From NCBI GenBank assembly GCA_000002445.1, contig CM000208.1, forward strand, positions 3,360,001-3,424,000: a DNA stretch of 64,000 nt, in the 5' to 3' direction. Of the stretch, positions 1 through 11,119 are shown in pieces. Source of the stretch: Trypanosoma brucei (taxonomy: Eukaryota). The position numbers and the translations under genes were made by a program. Each line of letters starts with the position of its first letter. Within the stretch, counting starts at the first letter, position 1. The notes below the pieces were generated by a model, which was not told the origin of the DNA, searched no databases, and worked only from the letters and a program-made list of their open reading frames with translations.

Positions 1-157
1 TGGGGGGGGGGCTGTGAGCTCGAAGTGGGGGTCAGAGGTAATAGTGGGGAAAAGCAGACAACTTTAGGGATACCACTCTTTACGAGAGCAGCAGGTTTAA
101 CTTGTGGTTCGCTCGTCCAGCTGTGCGGGAAAACCACGACAAGAGGGTTGAAATGTT

Positions 158-517
158 TTACGACACTGCGCTTTCACGATGACCCTTCTTGGCGTCACTG
201 GAACCTGTGAGGCCGGAAGATTCCTTGCGCGCCTTGACTAACAAACTTTTTGATTCCTGCAATATCCCTTTGAACGACTCCGAAGTGTCCCTGATGACTC
301 TGTCGAGCTCAGACCTCATCGCTGTCTTTTTTGCCAGGCTTTCATTCAGGGATACCAAACGCTCATTCAACGCGTTTACCTCGGTGAGTGTGCGGGCCCG
401 CTCCTCTTCCTCCCGCCGAATGTTTCGGTCAAGTGCCGCACGGCGCTCTTTGAGTTCTTCAATGACAGCCACTAACTCATTGCTGGTTGCCTGTGCTTCA
501 GAGCCGAACGAGGCCAT
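158..517 (-). CDS. Small coiled-coil protein (119 aa), hypothetical
   Basis: ORF 158..745(-). The N-terminal 76 codons translate a poly-T/low-complexity stretch, so the likely start is the internal ATG (cat at 515-517), giving MASFGSEAQ... The rest is heptad-like, charged and coiled-coil-like with coding-like composition. Same strand as the neighbouring genes. Confidence 0.45.
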   Translation of the reverse strand: MASFGSEAQATSNELVAVIEELKERRAALDRNIRREEEERARTLTEVNALNERLVSLNESLAKKTAMRSELDRVIRDTSESFKGILQESKSLLVKARKESSGLTGSSDAKKGHRESAVS

Positions 518-1397
518 TCTTCTATTCACCGCTACCACAAAGTTAGGCGTAAAAATGAAGCGACGTAACCAAAAACGTTGTAGGAAGAAGTGAGTGAAGT
601 GACGAACACAAATTAAAATGACACCATAGATCTGTGGGCATATATTATACAGCACACCGCCCCCACCACATTTCCCTTTTGTAGTTTTTTTTGACAGAAA
701 TAAACTGGTCAGATGCACCCACCACCGGGAACAAAAGGTCCCCATGCCTATGACAGGCCGCGCTTTATTTTAAATAATTGCTTGTTTTGTGGAATTAGTC
801 GGATGGACTCAGGAAGCCAACCTATAGGCGAGTGCAGGTGCTGCACAACACAATAGTACACGACAAGCGCTTTCTCGAAAGTGGAGTAATAAAGGGTGCA
901 GTCAAAAAAAAAAAAGATAATAATGAGATAACCGTCAACACAGTCCCCTTCCCATTTCCGCAAACATGGCGACGAAGAACAGTGAAATAGGTTGCCTACT
1001 CTACGGTTTCTGCTCACAAAACCGTTCCACATAACGCCAGTTTCCTGTGCGTCAAAACGCAAGTGCGATGACACCGACCAATAAATCAAACACAATCGTG
1101 GCCCACCGCCGCGCAGGTACATCCATTCCCATGCGCAGGAAAAAAGAAAAAGAGCACACCTCACACACGCAAAGTCACTTACTTGCATCAACGCGCACAC
1201 TAAAGTCTACGGCAAGAAGCACAGGTACTCGGATCCATCATGATGGGTTCAGGTGAAATGAAGGAGGGTGGGGGAGGAAAAGGAAAGACAGAGAGGAGAG
1301 GAAGGTAAAATGTCACAACAATAGTTCACCCTCTCCAGCAGCTCAGTCCAATATCCCGCGCTTCTCCTCCAAACCGATCCCATGTGAGACACCGCCT

Positions 1398-1856
1398 CTA
1401 CTTTTTCCGTGTGTTGGCAGTCTGTGAGGCCGCCGCGGCTTCGGCCTGTTTTTTCAACGCGTGCTGTATTTTTATTAGTGCAGATACCCGGCGCAAGAGC
1501 TCCATTTTGTTGGGGATATCTTCCACGGTCACGCCCCGTGTTTGCGTGTCGAAATCACTCTTCGGAATGTAGTGCTCACCTTTAGGCCGCTTAATCGCCA
1601 CCTTCACACATCCTTTTGGGGGCATAATGTACTTGATTGAGCCCTGGGATCGCGGAAACGAAGCGGAGGGTTCAACGAAGATATCTGTGTAACCCAATTC
1701 TTTTAACGCTTCGACAACTTCGTTAGTTGTGGGATCATCTACAGCTTGCGTACGAGTAAGGCGCCGACCATCGTGGGGTGTCAACTCCGCGTCAAGGTAC
1801 TGTGGGTATATGGTCTGATACGCCCGCTTATCGTACGACGGTTGAGACGGTTTCAT
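1398..1856 (-). CDS. SRP19: Signal recognition particle 19 kDa protein (SRP19)
   Basis: 152 aa. The segment IYPQYLDAELTPHDGRRLTRTQAVDDPTTNEVVEALKELGY aligns with the SRP19 core (human ICIYPAYLNNKKTIAEGRRIPISKAVENPTATEIQDVCSAVGL). It has the lysine-rich C-terminal tail typical of SRP19. Confidence 0.75.
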   Translation of the reverse strand: MKPSQPSYDKRAYQTIYPQYLDAELTPHDGRRLTRTQAVDDPTTNEVVEALKELGYTDIFVEPSASFPRSQGSIKYIMPPKGCVKVAIKRPKGEHYIPKSDFDTQTRGVTVEDIPNKMELLRRVSALIKIQHALKKQAEAAAASQTANTRKK

Positions 1857-2588
1857 TTCTTCAGTGAAAGTGTTATATGTGTAAGTTTATTTCAAATTTA
1901 TCATCGGAGTTTGCAAACAAGGTATCAAACAAAAAGGTGAGGGAAGTTGGGGGGAGGGAGGGGGAAGAGAAGAGAAGAGACATGTAACTTGCCGTACCGT
2001 AAGGTGACATCAAGGGGAGGAAGGAGCAATTATGACTCTAAACTCCGTGTTCGCGTATATATCTTAATGAGCACAGCTACTGGCTCACAGGTGAATTACG
2101 TACGGAACGGAAACAGAATAAAGGGAAATGGGAAACGTGTTAGGGTTATTCCCCAATGGTCCCACAGCACGGAGTACTCCGCGACAAAACTACAGCAAGA
2201 CCACAAATCAAATGACTACTCCACCCTTCAACGTGGAAAAGAAGTCCAAATCAAGTGCGCAACCCCTTTCCGTTGTCTTAGCGCTATCAACGATACACCA
2301 CCAACAAAATTCACCCGTCATGGCACTCACCCGCTGAAAAAAATTTCAGTGCTTGCTCGTATTGAAAACATTAAGAGATTCACCACTTTCCACCATCACT
2401 ACACTTTCCTTCCCTTGTAGCCTAATAACATTAACAGCTCCCCTTTTCGGTAGTACAGCTTAGAAACATCACCAAGGATTGCCAGAAGATATGAAGAAAA
2501 GCGCTGTTTTATCCATTTTAGTAACATGAGATGATAGCAGAACAAAAAAATTAGATAATACAACCACACAGAGACGTGCAAAAAGAAG

Positions 2589-2616
2589 ATATATATATAT
2601 ATATATATATATATAT
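2589..2616. repeat. (AT)14 microsatellite
   Basis: Perfect AT dinucleotide run read directly at 2589-2616. Confidence 0.9.
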
Positions 2617-2712
2617 CAAATAAACAGTCAAATAGGGATATTATTGCTTTAAATTTAAATAGCAAGAACCAAAAGAAAAATCAAAAAGGGGGCGAAGAAA
2701 GGGAGATTTCTC

Positions 2713-2939
2713 AGCAATACTCACCTCTCCCTTCCTATATTCCACTTATTTGGCACAGGATGCTCTTTTTTTAACGGCATCGCGCCACCTCAGTTTGCAT
2801 ATCCCTAACTTTCCACGCTTTCTGCGACACTTGTCCCATCGTCACATATGAATCTGAGGGGATGGCGCACGTAGTTTTTGGACATCAGTTTGTTCACCCT
2901 TATACCCTTCACTTACATGCTATATAGCTTCAATGCATC
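2713..2939. repeat. 227-bp direct repeat, copy 1 (downstream flank of pyruvate kinase)
   Basis: agcaatactcacctctcccttcctatattccacttatttggcacagg...cttcaatgcatc is near-identical to 5137..5362. The only difference is one T in a T-run. Confidence 0.9.
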
Positions 2940-3141
2940 CCCCCCGGTTTATCATCTTACATACAAATATATTCCCCATTCTTAAAGTTTATCCCTCCCA
3001 GATCAATAATATCCCCTAATATTAATTCTTCCTCCATTTTACTCTTTTCCTCCCGAATAAAATAAATTGCTGCAGTGACCAGCATATCGCATTTTTTTTT
3101 TCATTAACCCCTCATTACATTGCTCACCCACACACCAATGC

Positions 3142-4641
3142 TTAAGGAAGATAGATGAGGCGAGTTTGGTTCGGGTACCCCTTCACAGAGTGGTCGGCAT
3201 GCACGACAACCACCACGTCTCCAGTGCTGGCATATTTCTCCTTCTTCGCAAAATCCAAACCGAGTTTCACGCGCTTTTCCTTATCCTTGTCCTCACCACT
3301 CTTTGCGGCGTCGTAGAAAACACTCACGACGGAGCGCGTCACGTTGAGTTGACGGCACGTTTGCAGACGTGTGGTGACACAAATGATGGGGCAGTTCGGG
3401 CGGTACTTGCTGATGAGGCGAGCACTTCGGCCCGTGTTGCTTAGCACGAGCATTGCCTTGGCTTGTACCTCAAATGCAGAGGCGACGGCGCTGCTGCAAA
3501 CGGCCTCTTCGGGGCACATGGGGATTTTCTGCAGGTTCTTAATGCTGTTGAACATAACAGTATCGTGCGTTGCGCTCTGCGCCTCGACACAGATGCGAGC
3601 CATGTACTGTACCACTTCGTTGGGGTACTTCCCTTTGGCCGTTTCACCGGAAAGCATGACACAGTCGGCTCCGTTGAGAACAGCATTGGCAACATCGGAT
3701 ACTTCGGCACGTGTGGGGCGGGGGTTTGACGTCATGCTCTCGAGCATTTGCGTGGCACAGATGACAGGTTTGCCCACCACGTTGCACTTGCTGATGATGC
3801 ACATCTGCGCCACACACACCTTCTCGGCGGGGATCTCGACGCCAAGATCACCACGAGCAACCATAATGCCATTGCTCGCTTCAATGATGGAGTCAATGTT
3901 CTGCACACCCTGGTGGTTTTCAATCTTGGAAATGATAAGGATGTCTTTTCCCTTCTCACCGAGGGCGGCGCGCACCTCACGAACCTGCTCAGCCGTGCGG
4001 ATGAACGAGGCAAAAATCATATCAACACCTTGTGCCACACCGAACTCCAAGTCCTTGCGGTCCTTCTCGGAAACGGCGGGCAGATCCACCTCACAACCTG
4101 GGAGGTTGATACCCCTGCGGTCGGTCAGGCGGTGGTGATTGTTCACGTGGCACTTCAGCGTCCGATCGTCTTCCTTGCTCACCACGCGGAGAGTCATCAC
4201 ACCGTCGTCAACATAAATGGAACCGCCCACGGGCACTGCCTTCGTCAGTTGTGGGTAGTCGATATAGAACTTTTCCTTTGTGCCAACCTTCTCATAGGCG
4301 GGATCGGTAGTGACACACACGATGTCACCAGGGGCGAAGCTCACCTCACCATCCTTGAAGAGGCCTGTACGGATTTCAGGACCTTTCGTGTCCAGCGCAA
4401 TACCAATATGAAGGCCAAGTTCAGCAGCAGCTGCGCGAACGTTGTTTATCGTCGTCTGGTGGTATTCATGGGATCCATGGGAGAAGTTCATACGGGCAAC
4501 AGACATACCACTCTTCATTAGGTTTTTCAGGGCTTCAACGCTCTGTGTGCTGGGTCCGATGGTGCACACAATGCGGTTGGCACGGTGTTTGGCCACCGGC
4601 TCAAAAATGGAGAGCCCAATGTTGTGCTCTAGCTGCGACAT
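3142..4641 (-). CDS. PYK1: Pyruvate kinase
   Basis: 499 aa. The N-terminus MSQLEHNIGLSIFEPVAKHRANRIVCTIGPSTQSVEALKNLMKSGMSVARMNFSHGSHEYH matches trypanosomatid PYK. PK-family motifs are present (MVARGDLG, GETAKGKYP, the effector-site region). Full-length ORF. Confidence 0.95.
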   Translation of the reverse strand: MSQLEHNIGLSIFEPVAKHRANRIVCTIGPSTQSVEALKNLMKSGMSVARMNFSHGSHEYHQTTINNVRAAAAELGLHIGIALDTKGPEIRTGLFKDGEVSFAPGDIVCVTTDPAYEKVGTKEKFYIDYPQLTKAVPVGGSIYVDDGVMTLRVVSKEDDRTLKCHVNNHHRLTDRRGINLPGCEVDLPAVSEKDRKDLEFGVAQGVDMIFASFIRTAEQVREVRAALGEKGKDILIISKIENHQGVQNIDSIIEASNGIMVARGDLGVEIPAEKVCVAQMCIISKCNVVGKPVICATQMLESMTSNPRPTRAEVSDVANAVLNGADCVMLSGETAKGKYPNEVVQYMARICVEAQSATHDTVMFNSIKNLQKIPMCPEEAVCSSAVASAFEVQAKAMLVLSNTGRSARLISKYRPNCPIICVTTRLQTCRQLNVTRSVVSVFYDAAKSGEDKDKEKRVKLGLDFAKKEKYASTGDVVVVVHADHSVKGYPNQTRLIYLP

Positions 4642-5136
4642 GGACTCTTCGGAATAAATCTGTTTTGTCTGAATTGTTCCTTTATTAGGTGATAATTAGT
4701 ATACCACAATTTGTTCTTTTTTTCCTTGGTTATTTGTGTTTAGATGCTTTATGCTGCTGTAGTTCTATATGAAGAAAAGGGTAGAAAGCAAACGAAAATG
4801 TAATTGTGGAAGTGGAGGGTACCAATCCTTTTCTTTACTTTTTTACGTTTAAAACCCTCAGTGTAACTTGTCGCTAGATCCATTCGTCGTTGATTGACTG
4901 TTGATGAGTTGGGAGTTAACCCATCAACAGTCACAAGCTCCACGGAAGGAAGGAGCAAGAAGGTGGAGGAGGAGATGTTTCACTTACTCAGCTACGTGTT
5001 GACAGCGAAAGGGAGTCCATTTCCTCCCTATCCCATACCTAAACTGACGCAGCGGTTTTGAGCAACAGGAAAACTGTTGTGCAGCAACAAAAAGGCACAT
5101 TACAGAGGATGGGGAGCGAAGAGTGGGAGGTCGCTG

Positions 5137-5362
5137 AGCAATACTCACCTCTCCCTTCCTATATTCCACTTATTTGGCACAGGATGCTCTTTTTTTAACG
5201 GCATCGCGCCACCTCAGTTTGCATATCCCTAACTTTCCACGCTTTCTGCGACACTTGTCCCATCGTCACATATGAATCTGAGGGGATGGCGCACGTAGTT
5301 TTGGACATCAGTTTGTTCACCCTTATACCCTTCACTTACATGCTATATAGCTTCAATGCATC
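5137..5362. repeat. 227-bp direct repeat, copy 2 (upstream flank of pyruvate kinase)
   Basis: Near-identical to 2713..2939. The two copies bracket the PYK CDS in direct orientation. Confidence 0.9.
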
Positions 5363-5910
5363 GTTTCCTTCCATCAATTCTACAACATGATTAACTAGAG
5401 AAATTATATATAGTAGCGAAGGTACACCACAAGGAGACAAAGGGCGTGCACAAGAGCAAAGTTAAAAAGAAGGCAAGCTCCTTTCCTGTTATTTTTTGTC
5501 GTGTTGGTATGGACCTGTAAATGGCCCTGCTTTAAGCACGGTGCAGGTGCCGCATGCTCACCCACGCTGCATTAGTGGCACCTTCTCACTAACCAGTTGA
5601 TTGTTATACGCCCCAATAATATTCAACGTGATATTCTTTTTTCCTCCGCATTCTTCCCCGCCACTTACCCCCCCCCTTTACTCCGCTGCGCTTTCTGGCC
5701 CTAACCCTGCTGCTTTTTCCCTTTCCCTTCCCTTCCATTTCCTTTACTTTTTTGTCCTCTCTAGACTCTTTTCCATCTCCATACGAGTCACCTTCCGCCT
5801 TGACCGCGCGGACCGCGTGCGCGGTTTGTTGATAGAAAGGGGTAGTTAAAACGTGTACAGGACGAGAAAAGCATGGGACCAGCAACATCCCTACCTCACG
5901 ACACAATTAT

Positions 5911-7350
5911 TTACGCAAAATCCTCCCCCTCTCCCTCATTGGTTTCATCTTCTTTAGCGACTGCCTCTTCCTCACCTTCTTGCTCTTTCTTCTCCTCATC
6001 CTCCTCGTCATCGCTGGAGAGTTCTGGTTCGCCTGTTTTGATGTGACTGGAGTACTCCTTCAGTTTGGCACGGATATTTTCCATGATTCCACCAATGTCT
6101 TCCAGGAACCTCGGTGGCTGCTCGTCAACAAGCTTGAACAATTCCAACTTCTCTTCACTATGCTTGATGACTCGCGGTTTCGGCGCCGAATCCCTCTTTG
6201 CTTTATTGGCTTGTTGCTTCTGCTTCTTGCTGTCGCCTCCGTTCTGATGACTCATGCCATCGTTCAAGACCACGGCACCTTCTGGGGCAAACTCCGCTGG
6301 GTCAAAGTTTGCCGCTGCCTCCCTCCTGGCCCGCTCCTCATTCTCGCGTTGAACCATAATCTTTTGGTCCCTCAAATACTGTAGAAGGGTGTCGCATGCC
6401 GCGATTTCCACCTCGTATGGGTTCATGCGACGCAGCGCACGCTCACGCTTCTCCGCCAACTTGGGGGCATTCTTTCGTTCCAGGAACCTGCGGTGGCGTT
6501 CCTTGCGCACTTCCTCCATTTTGGCCATGTGCTTAGCGCGGGCTTCATCACACCACGACTTCCACACCTCCATTGCCTTCTGGAAGTCCTCAGAAAGTGC
6601 GTTCATTTCCTTGGTAATACTGGTGATCTTTGCGCTGATCTCATCACACTTTTTGAATACTTCCTGCCGATTCGCCCCAGTGCTCCTCATTTTGTCATCT
6701 TTCTCCATTTTGGTTGATCGTTGTCCCTTGTATTCTTCATTGAGACCCCGAATGCGCTCGTTAATTTCTTGGATCTCACGTTGCAACGTCGCCTCGCAGT
6801 GCTTTGCCTCCGCGATGGCCTCGGAAACAGGCTGCAGCTCCTGCAAGTACCGTTTAGCATCCTCAAGTTGGCCTATTTGTCGCATGATGCGCTTCTCGGC
6901 GGCGAGTCCACCGCCACTTGTCTCCATTTTTTTCGTCATGTACTCGATGGCCTCGTCGAACTCCTCCACGCTTTTAAAGCCGCCCAGGTCATCTGTCAGA
7001 GAGCGGAGTTTCTTCACGTACTCGTCGTGTTTCTTCCTTACTTCAATAATCTCCTCTGACTTTTTGGAGCGCATTTCTTGTTCAGCCTTCCGTTTGTCAT
7101 CAAGCTCCTTGAGCCTCTGTCGGATCTCGTCGCGCTCCTTGTCAGGCTCACTTTTTGGTCCCAACGAAGCACGTAGCTCCTTGATTTGGGCGATAAGAGC
7201 CCCTTTCTCCTGCGAAAGTGCTTTCATCTTGGTTCGGTGCTCCATTACATCTGGTCTCGGAGGCGCCCCCGGAGCTGTCATCCACCGCGGTTGAGGACGC
7301 CTTTCCGTCGGCGCGGGCGCAGCTTCAGGTGCCGTCTCTGTCTTGCTCAT
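5911..7350 (-). CDS. Conserved coiled-coil protein (479 aa), hypothetical
   Basis: Long minus-strand ORF rich in E/K/R/L heptads with an acidic C-terminal tail (DDEEDEEKKEQEGEEE). No catalytic motifs recognised. Confidence 0.6.
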   Translation of the reverse strand: MSKTETAPEAAPAPTERRPQPRWMTAPGAPPRPDVMEHRTKMKALSQEKGALIAQIKELRASLGPKSEPDKERDEIRQRLKELDDKRKAEQEMRSKKSEEIIEVRKKHDEYVKKLRSLTDDLGGFKSVEEFDEAIEYMTKKMETSGGGLAAEKRIMRQIGQLEDAKRYLQELQPVSEAIAEAKHCEATLQREIQEINERIRGLNEEYKGQRSTKMEKDDKMRSTGANRQEVFKKCDEISAKITSITKEMNALSEDFQKAMEVWKSWCDEARAKHMAKMEEVRKERHRRFLERKNAPKLAEKRERALRRMNPYEVEIAACDTLLQYLRDQKIMVQRENEERARREAAANFDPAEFAPEGAVVLNDGMSHQNGGDSKKQKQQANKAKRDSAPKPRVIKHSEEKLELFKLVDEQPPRFLEDIGGIMENIRAKLKEYSSHIKTGEPELSSDDEEDEEKKEQEGEEEAVAKEDETNEGEGEDFA

Positions 7351-8210
7351 TGCTGCTGATGCTTTTTGGCAGAACCTTTCCCCCTTGGTACACTAATCGT
7401 GCAAATTAATGAGGCAACTTCCTCAATCTAATTATATTATTCTTATTTTGTTCCTTTTTCCACTCTTACAACGTATTCCCTTATTGTTGTCAATTAATCG
7501 CCTCTCCAATGCAACTTTAGCCAACTCTCTGCCCCCTTTGAAATTCCTTGCTATTGTTGTCTAAACAGAGTTATTAGTTGACCAAGAGAAGAGGCACTCT
7601 GATTCGTGGGAGGTGAGCAAAAGCGCATACAGAGCAGAAAAAAAAAGGGAGACAATACCCCTAGAGGATGCCAAACACATGGCGCTATCGTCGGCGAGCT
7701 TTTGCGTTGCTGCGCCACGTATTGGCCCGCATAAATTCAAATGGTGGCAATAGGAGTTGTGCGAGTACACATGCGACTACCATAAACTTGATGACGCAGC
7801 CGGTGGAGTTTTCCTGCTTCCCCCTCTCCTCTTCCTTTGAGAATTCCCCTGAGTTGCCAAACCGATCCACTGGTGTGCACCTCCGGATGCGGAGCGGTGC
7901 AAAGCAGCCCAAACAAAAGACATGTGTACAGAAATAAAAGGGTAATGCCCACCCCCGCCTCGCCCCCACATTACATAAATCGGGAACATATTCTTTTCCT
8001 TCTTCTTCATGTACTCCAGCATGTAAATAAATGGATGTGCTTACGTATTCTTTCGCTGAGAGTGTGCTGCAAAGGGCATCTAAAGGGGCAGATGTGATTA
8101 TATCCGCTTCCTCAAACAAATTTTAGTGGAGGTGGCGGAAACATAACGAACATGTTCCGTCCCCTTCCACACCCCAGGAACAGCGTTCCCATCAAGTTCA
8201 CAATTCATAA

Positions 8211-8430
8211 GGTGAAAAATATTCCCCTTGCATTTTACCTTTGCTTTTAATCAGGCACCATAAATGTTATTTGGAACTCCATTTAGTATTATAATTCTTC
8301 CCTTTTCCTTCATGCAGATTAGTGTGGCACAAAATATTTGTACAGAAAAAGTCCAAAGATACCTCCAAACAATGGAATAACTAGTGGAACCCAGAAATAA
8401 TAATTTGCATGTGAAAACACCTTCCCACCA
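8211..8430 (-). pseudogene. Relic of an aquaglyceroporin 3' end (last 36 codons, stop and about 108 nt of 3'UTR)
   Basis: The 220 bp is about 97% identical to 9351..9570 (AQP3 3'UTR plus C-terminal coding). The reverse-complement of 8319..8428 reads [36 protein letters not shown]. Homology stops abruptly at 8430 and there is no upstream ORF. Confidence 0.8.
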
Positions 8431-9050
8431 AAGTGAATGGTCTCCGTGAGTGGGTAAGAAACTTCCTCTCAGGGTCCCTATCCATCGTGCTGACGAAAAT
8501 TACGAAAATAAACGAAACCTTCAATGTAATATTTACTGGTTAAACTGGCTGCCGTTTTCTCTTTTCCCACGCGAATTCGGAAGTCGCTCTCCACCTCCCT
8601 TTGTTTGTGTGGAGGAGCTCCAGGTATCAAACAAAGTAAAAATAAAGAAAGCTCATTAAAATCTATAATAACAATCAAATATTCCCCAATAGAATGCACC
8701 ACCACCTCATTTGTAAAACAGAAGTGAATCATCAAGTGCGAATTTGCCCCGGCATACTATCCCTCACCTCCCAACACAACAAAATCAGCGGTTAAAACAC
8801 ACATGCAAACAGCTGTGGGATGAAGAGAAGTAAAGTGCAACAACAAAGAGATGTACGACATGAGTGAAGTAAACCGAGATTCACCTTAACGTCTTCCCAA
8901 AATATGTATTTAAATGACGTTAGGGGTGCAACGAGGGATTATCCAAGTGGTTCAGCGCTATTCAGTGACAAATTTTATGTGTGTATTCTTCCATTGGTGC
9001 CCTGAGCGAACATAATCGGGGTGGCTCGAAAAAAAAAAACACATGAACAA

Positions 9051-9057
9051 GCGCGCG

Positions 9058-9094
<37 letters not shown>
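9051..9094. repeat. Compound microsatellite (GC)4(AC)8(AT)9
   Basis: Read directly: gcgcgcgc acacacacacacacac atatatatatatatatat. Confidence 0.9.
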
Positions 9095-9095
<1 letters not shown>

Positions 9096-9350
9096 AGAAA
9101 AAAGTAAACATGAGATTAGTGATGGGGAAAGACTTTCTTACGCTGCTGAAGGGAGCAACAGCACCTATGGATTGCGCCATCTGTTCACCTTATTTATCTC
9201 TAAAAATTAGTGTCCCCTTCGATCATTGTACTTAATACAATGAAACAAAACGGCAACCAGAAAGGCAGCTCATGCACTCAAAAACAGGAAAAGAATCGTT
9301 TTTTTTTAAACACGAATTAAAATAACGCTTTTTATATACTTAGTACATAC

Positions 9351-10650
9351 GGTGAAAAATATTCCCCTTGCGTTTTACCTTTGCTTTTAACCAGGCACCA
9401 TAAATGTTATTTGGAATTCCATTTAGTATTATAATTCTTCCTTTTTCCTTCATGCAGATTAGTGTGGCACAAAATATTTGTACAGAAAAAGTCCAAAGAT
9501 ACCTCCAAACAATGGAATAACTAGTGGAACCCAGAAATAATAATTTGCATGTGAAAACACCTTCCCACCATAAAGAAAAGAAGAGAAGACCCTGGGACCG
9601 AAGTCACGAGCCGGATTTATTGCGTAACCCGTTGAGTAACCGATGTTATTGCCAATGGCGAAGACAAGAGCACCAACTGCCAACGGCTCGTGTCCCTTGG
9701 CAGGAGAGTTATTGGGGTCGAAGATACCGCAGACACAGAACAATAGCATCGCCGTACATATAAACTCACCAAAGATACAAGAAAATAGACCATTTGAATC
9801 CCTTGGGTAGGTGCTGAACACACCTGCGGTCCCCTTTTCACCGAAGGCAATCAACTCACCACCACCATGCGCCTTCAGGAGATCAGCAAACACTCCGTAA
9901 GCGCAGGCAGCACCAAGAAAGGCACCGAGCATCTGCGCCGCGATGTAGCCGGGGACTTTTCTCCAAGGGAAATCACCGAAAACCGCATTGCCAACGGTGA
10001 CGGCGGGATTAAGGTGGCCGCTCGAGATACCCAATGAAACATACAGAGCCATCGTGACGGCAATGCCCCAACCAAGCGTAATGCTGAGGAACCCCAGTTT
10101 CCCATCAATGATAACCGTGGCGACCACACCATTACCCATAAAGAGCAGGACGAAGGTTCCCAGCAGCTCCCCCATGTAGTCGCGGTAATTTAGCCGCAGT
10201 TCCCGTGGTGCCCAAAAGTTGATGCCTCCCGGTACTTCCTCTTGAGCCTCCGCCACCTCATGTTTCCGGTTGCTACTGTCGTCGTTTCCCTGAACACGGA
10301 CCTCCACTGTTCCATCCTTATTAACCGCTTGTAGCTCCATGGGATACGCCACATTGTCTGGTTGGCTCTGCATTCTGATTTTCTGGAGCTTTTTTTTCTT
10401 GTTGCTCGAATTCAATTTTTAAATAATGTCTGATGTGCTGAAGGCGCTACCTAACAATTGTTTTTGTTTCCTCCTACACTGTTACACAAATAGTCAGCAG
10501 CGGGCGATAGAATAGGGGGAACGGGGTTTATAAGGTAGCAAAGCACCTTGCGTGACGCAAGAATGAATGTTCGGAAGTGAGGAAAGTAATATCGACAGCA
10601 TTAACAAGGAATTCCCACATGCGCATGCGTGTGCGTAGAGGAGTGAAACG
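9351..10650. repeat. Tandem duplication unit 1 (AQP3 gene with 3'UTR and 235-bp 5' flank)
   Basis: Paralogous to 11120..12446. The 5' flank 10416..10650 is identical to 12212..12446, and the first about 130 nt of CDS are identical. The 3'UTRs are about 80% identical. Confidence 0.85.
9459..10415 (-). CDS. AQP3: Aquaglyceroporin 3 (canonical NPA/NPA plus Arg filter)
   Basis: 318 aa MIP-family protein. First motif [11 protein letters not shown], second motif [11 protein letters not shown] (NPA followed by the conserved Arg). Six predicted TM segments. The N-terminal 44 aa are identical to the paralogue downstream. Confidence 0.9.
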   Translation of the reverse strand: MNSSNKKKKLQKIRMQSQPDNVAYPMELQAVNKDGTVEVRVQGNDDSSNRKHEVAEAQEEVPGGINFWAPRELRLNYRDYMGELLGTFVLLFMGNGVVATVIIDGKLGFLSITLGWGIAVTMALYVSLGISSGHLNPAVTVGNAVFGDFPWRKVPGYIAAQMLGAFLGAACAYGVFADLLKAHGGGELIAFGEKGTAGVFSTYPRDSNGLFSCIFGEFICTAMLLFCVCGIFDPNNSPAKGHEPLAVGALVFAIGNNIGYSTGYAINPARDFGPRVFSSFLYGGKVFSHANYYFWVPLVIPLFGGIFGLFLYKYFVPH

Positions 10651-11119
10651 AAGAGCAATATCGCTAATCGTAATTTGAATGCCTCTCCGAGGCACATCGT
10701 TGCGTGGTAACGTAAACAAATGGGATGGGGAGAGGAAAGTGAAAGAGGGTGGAAGATGTGGCAACCTACTAAGGTTCCGTCATGTATTCCCTTCCTCCAC
10801 ATTATTATTGTTATATATTTCTACCCGCTGAATAAAAATAGACAAGTGATAAAAATAAGGGATGATGAAAAGACAAACACAGCATTTACCTCTACAGGGG
10901 CACCGCACCCTCTCGGTTAAACCGCTATAAACTCCTTACAACACATCCTTATTGTTTGATCCCATTCTCTTTCTTTTATGCCCCTTAGGTTAAATTATAA
11001 TGTGACATAACAGAGCAGTTTGCCTTCGCCTTTGGAGAAGGCAAAAACTTCAACGCTCACCGTTTCACCCGCATTCTTCGGGAGAAACAAAACCTCTCTG
11101 TTATATTCTTAACTCATAT

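Noticed and set aside
158-745. Full 195-aa extent of the first ORF
   Set aside because: The N-terminal 76 codons translate a poly-T/low-complexity stretch (MGTFCSRWWVHLTSLFL...). I trimmed the CDS to the internal ATG at 517, giving the coiled-coil protein.
748-1200. 150-aa minus-strand ORF in the interval between the coiled-coil gene and SRP19
   Set aside because: Translation is low-complexity (F/C/W-rich, poly-F). It spans a poly-A/T tract and has no family resemblance. It is most likely untranslated region.
3371-4138. Plus-strand ORFs overlapping pyruvate kinase. Similar antisense ORFs occur at 6389-7294, 49036-49776, 53314-53844 and 55174-55755.
   Set aside because: These are antisense shadow ORFs inside well-supported minus-strand genes. 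Their composition is skewed, they have no motifs, and all real genes in this unit are on the minus strand.
5604-5906. 100-aa K/R/G-rich minus-strand ORF upstream of the coiled-coil gene
   Set aside because: It is the reverse translation of a pyrimidine-rich (CT) intergenic tract, which is the probable polypyrimidine/splice-acceptor region. It is not credible coding.
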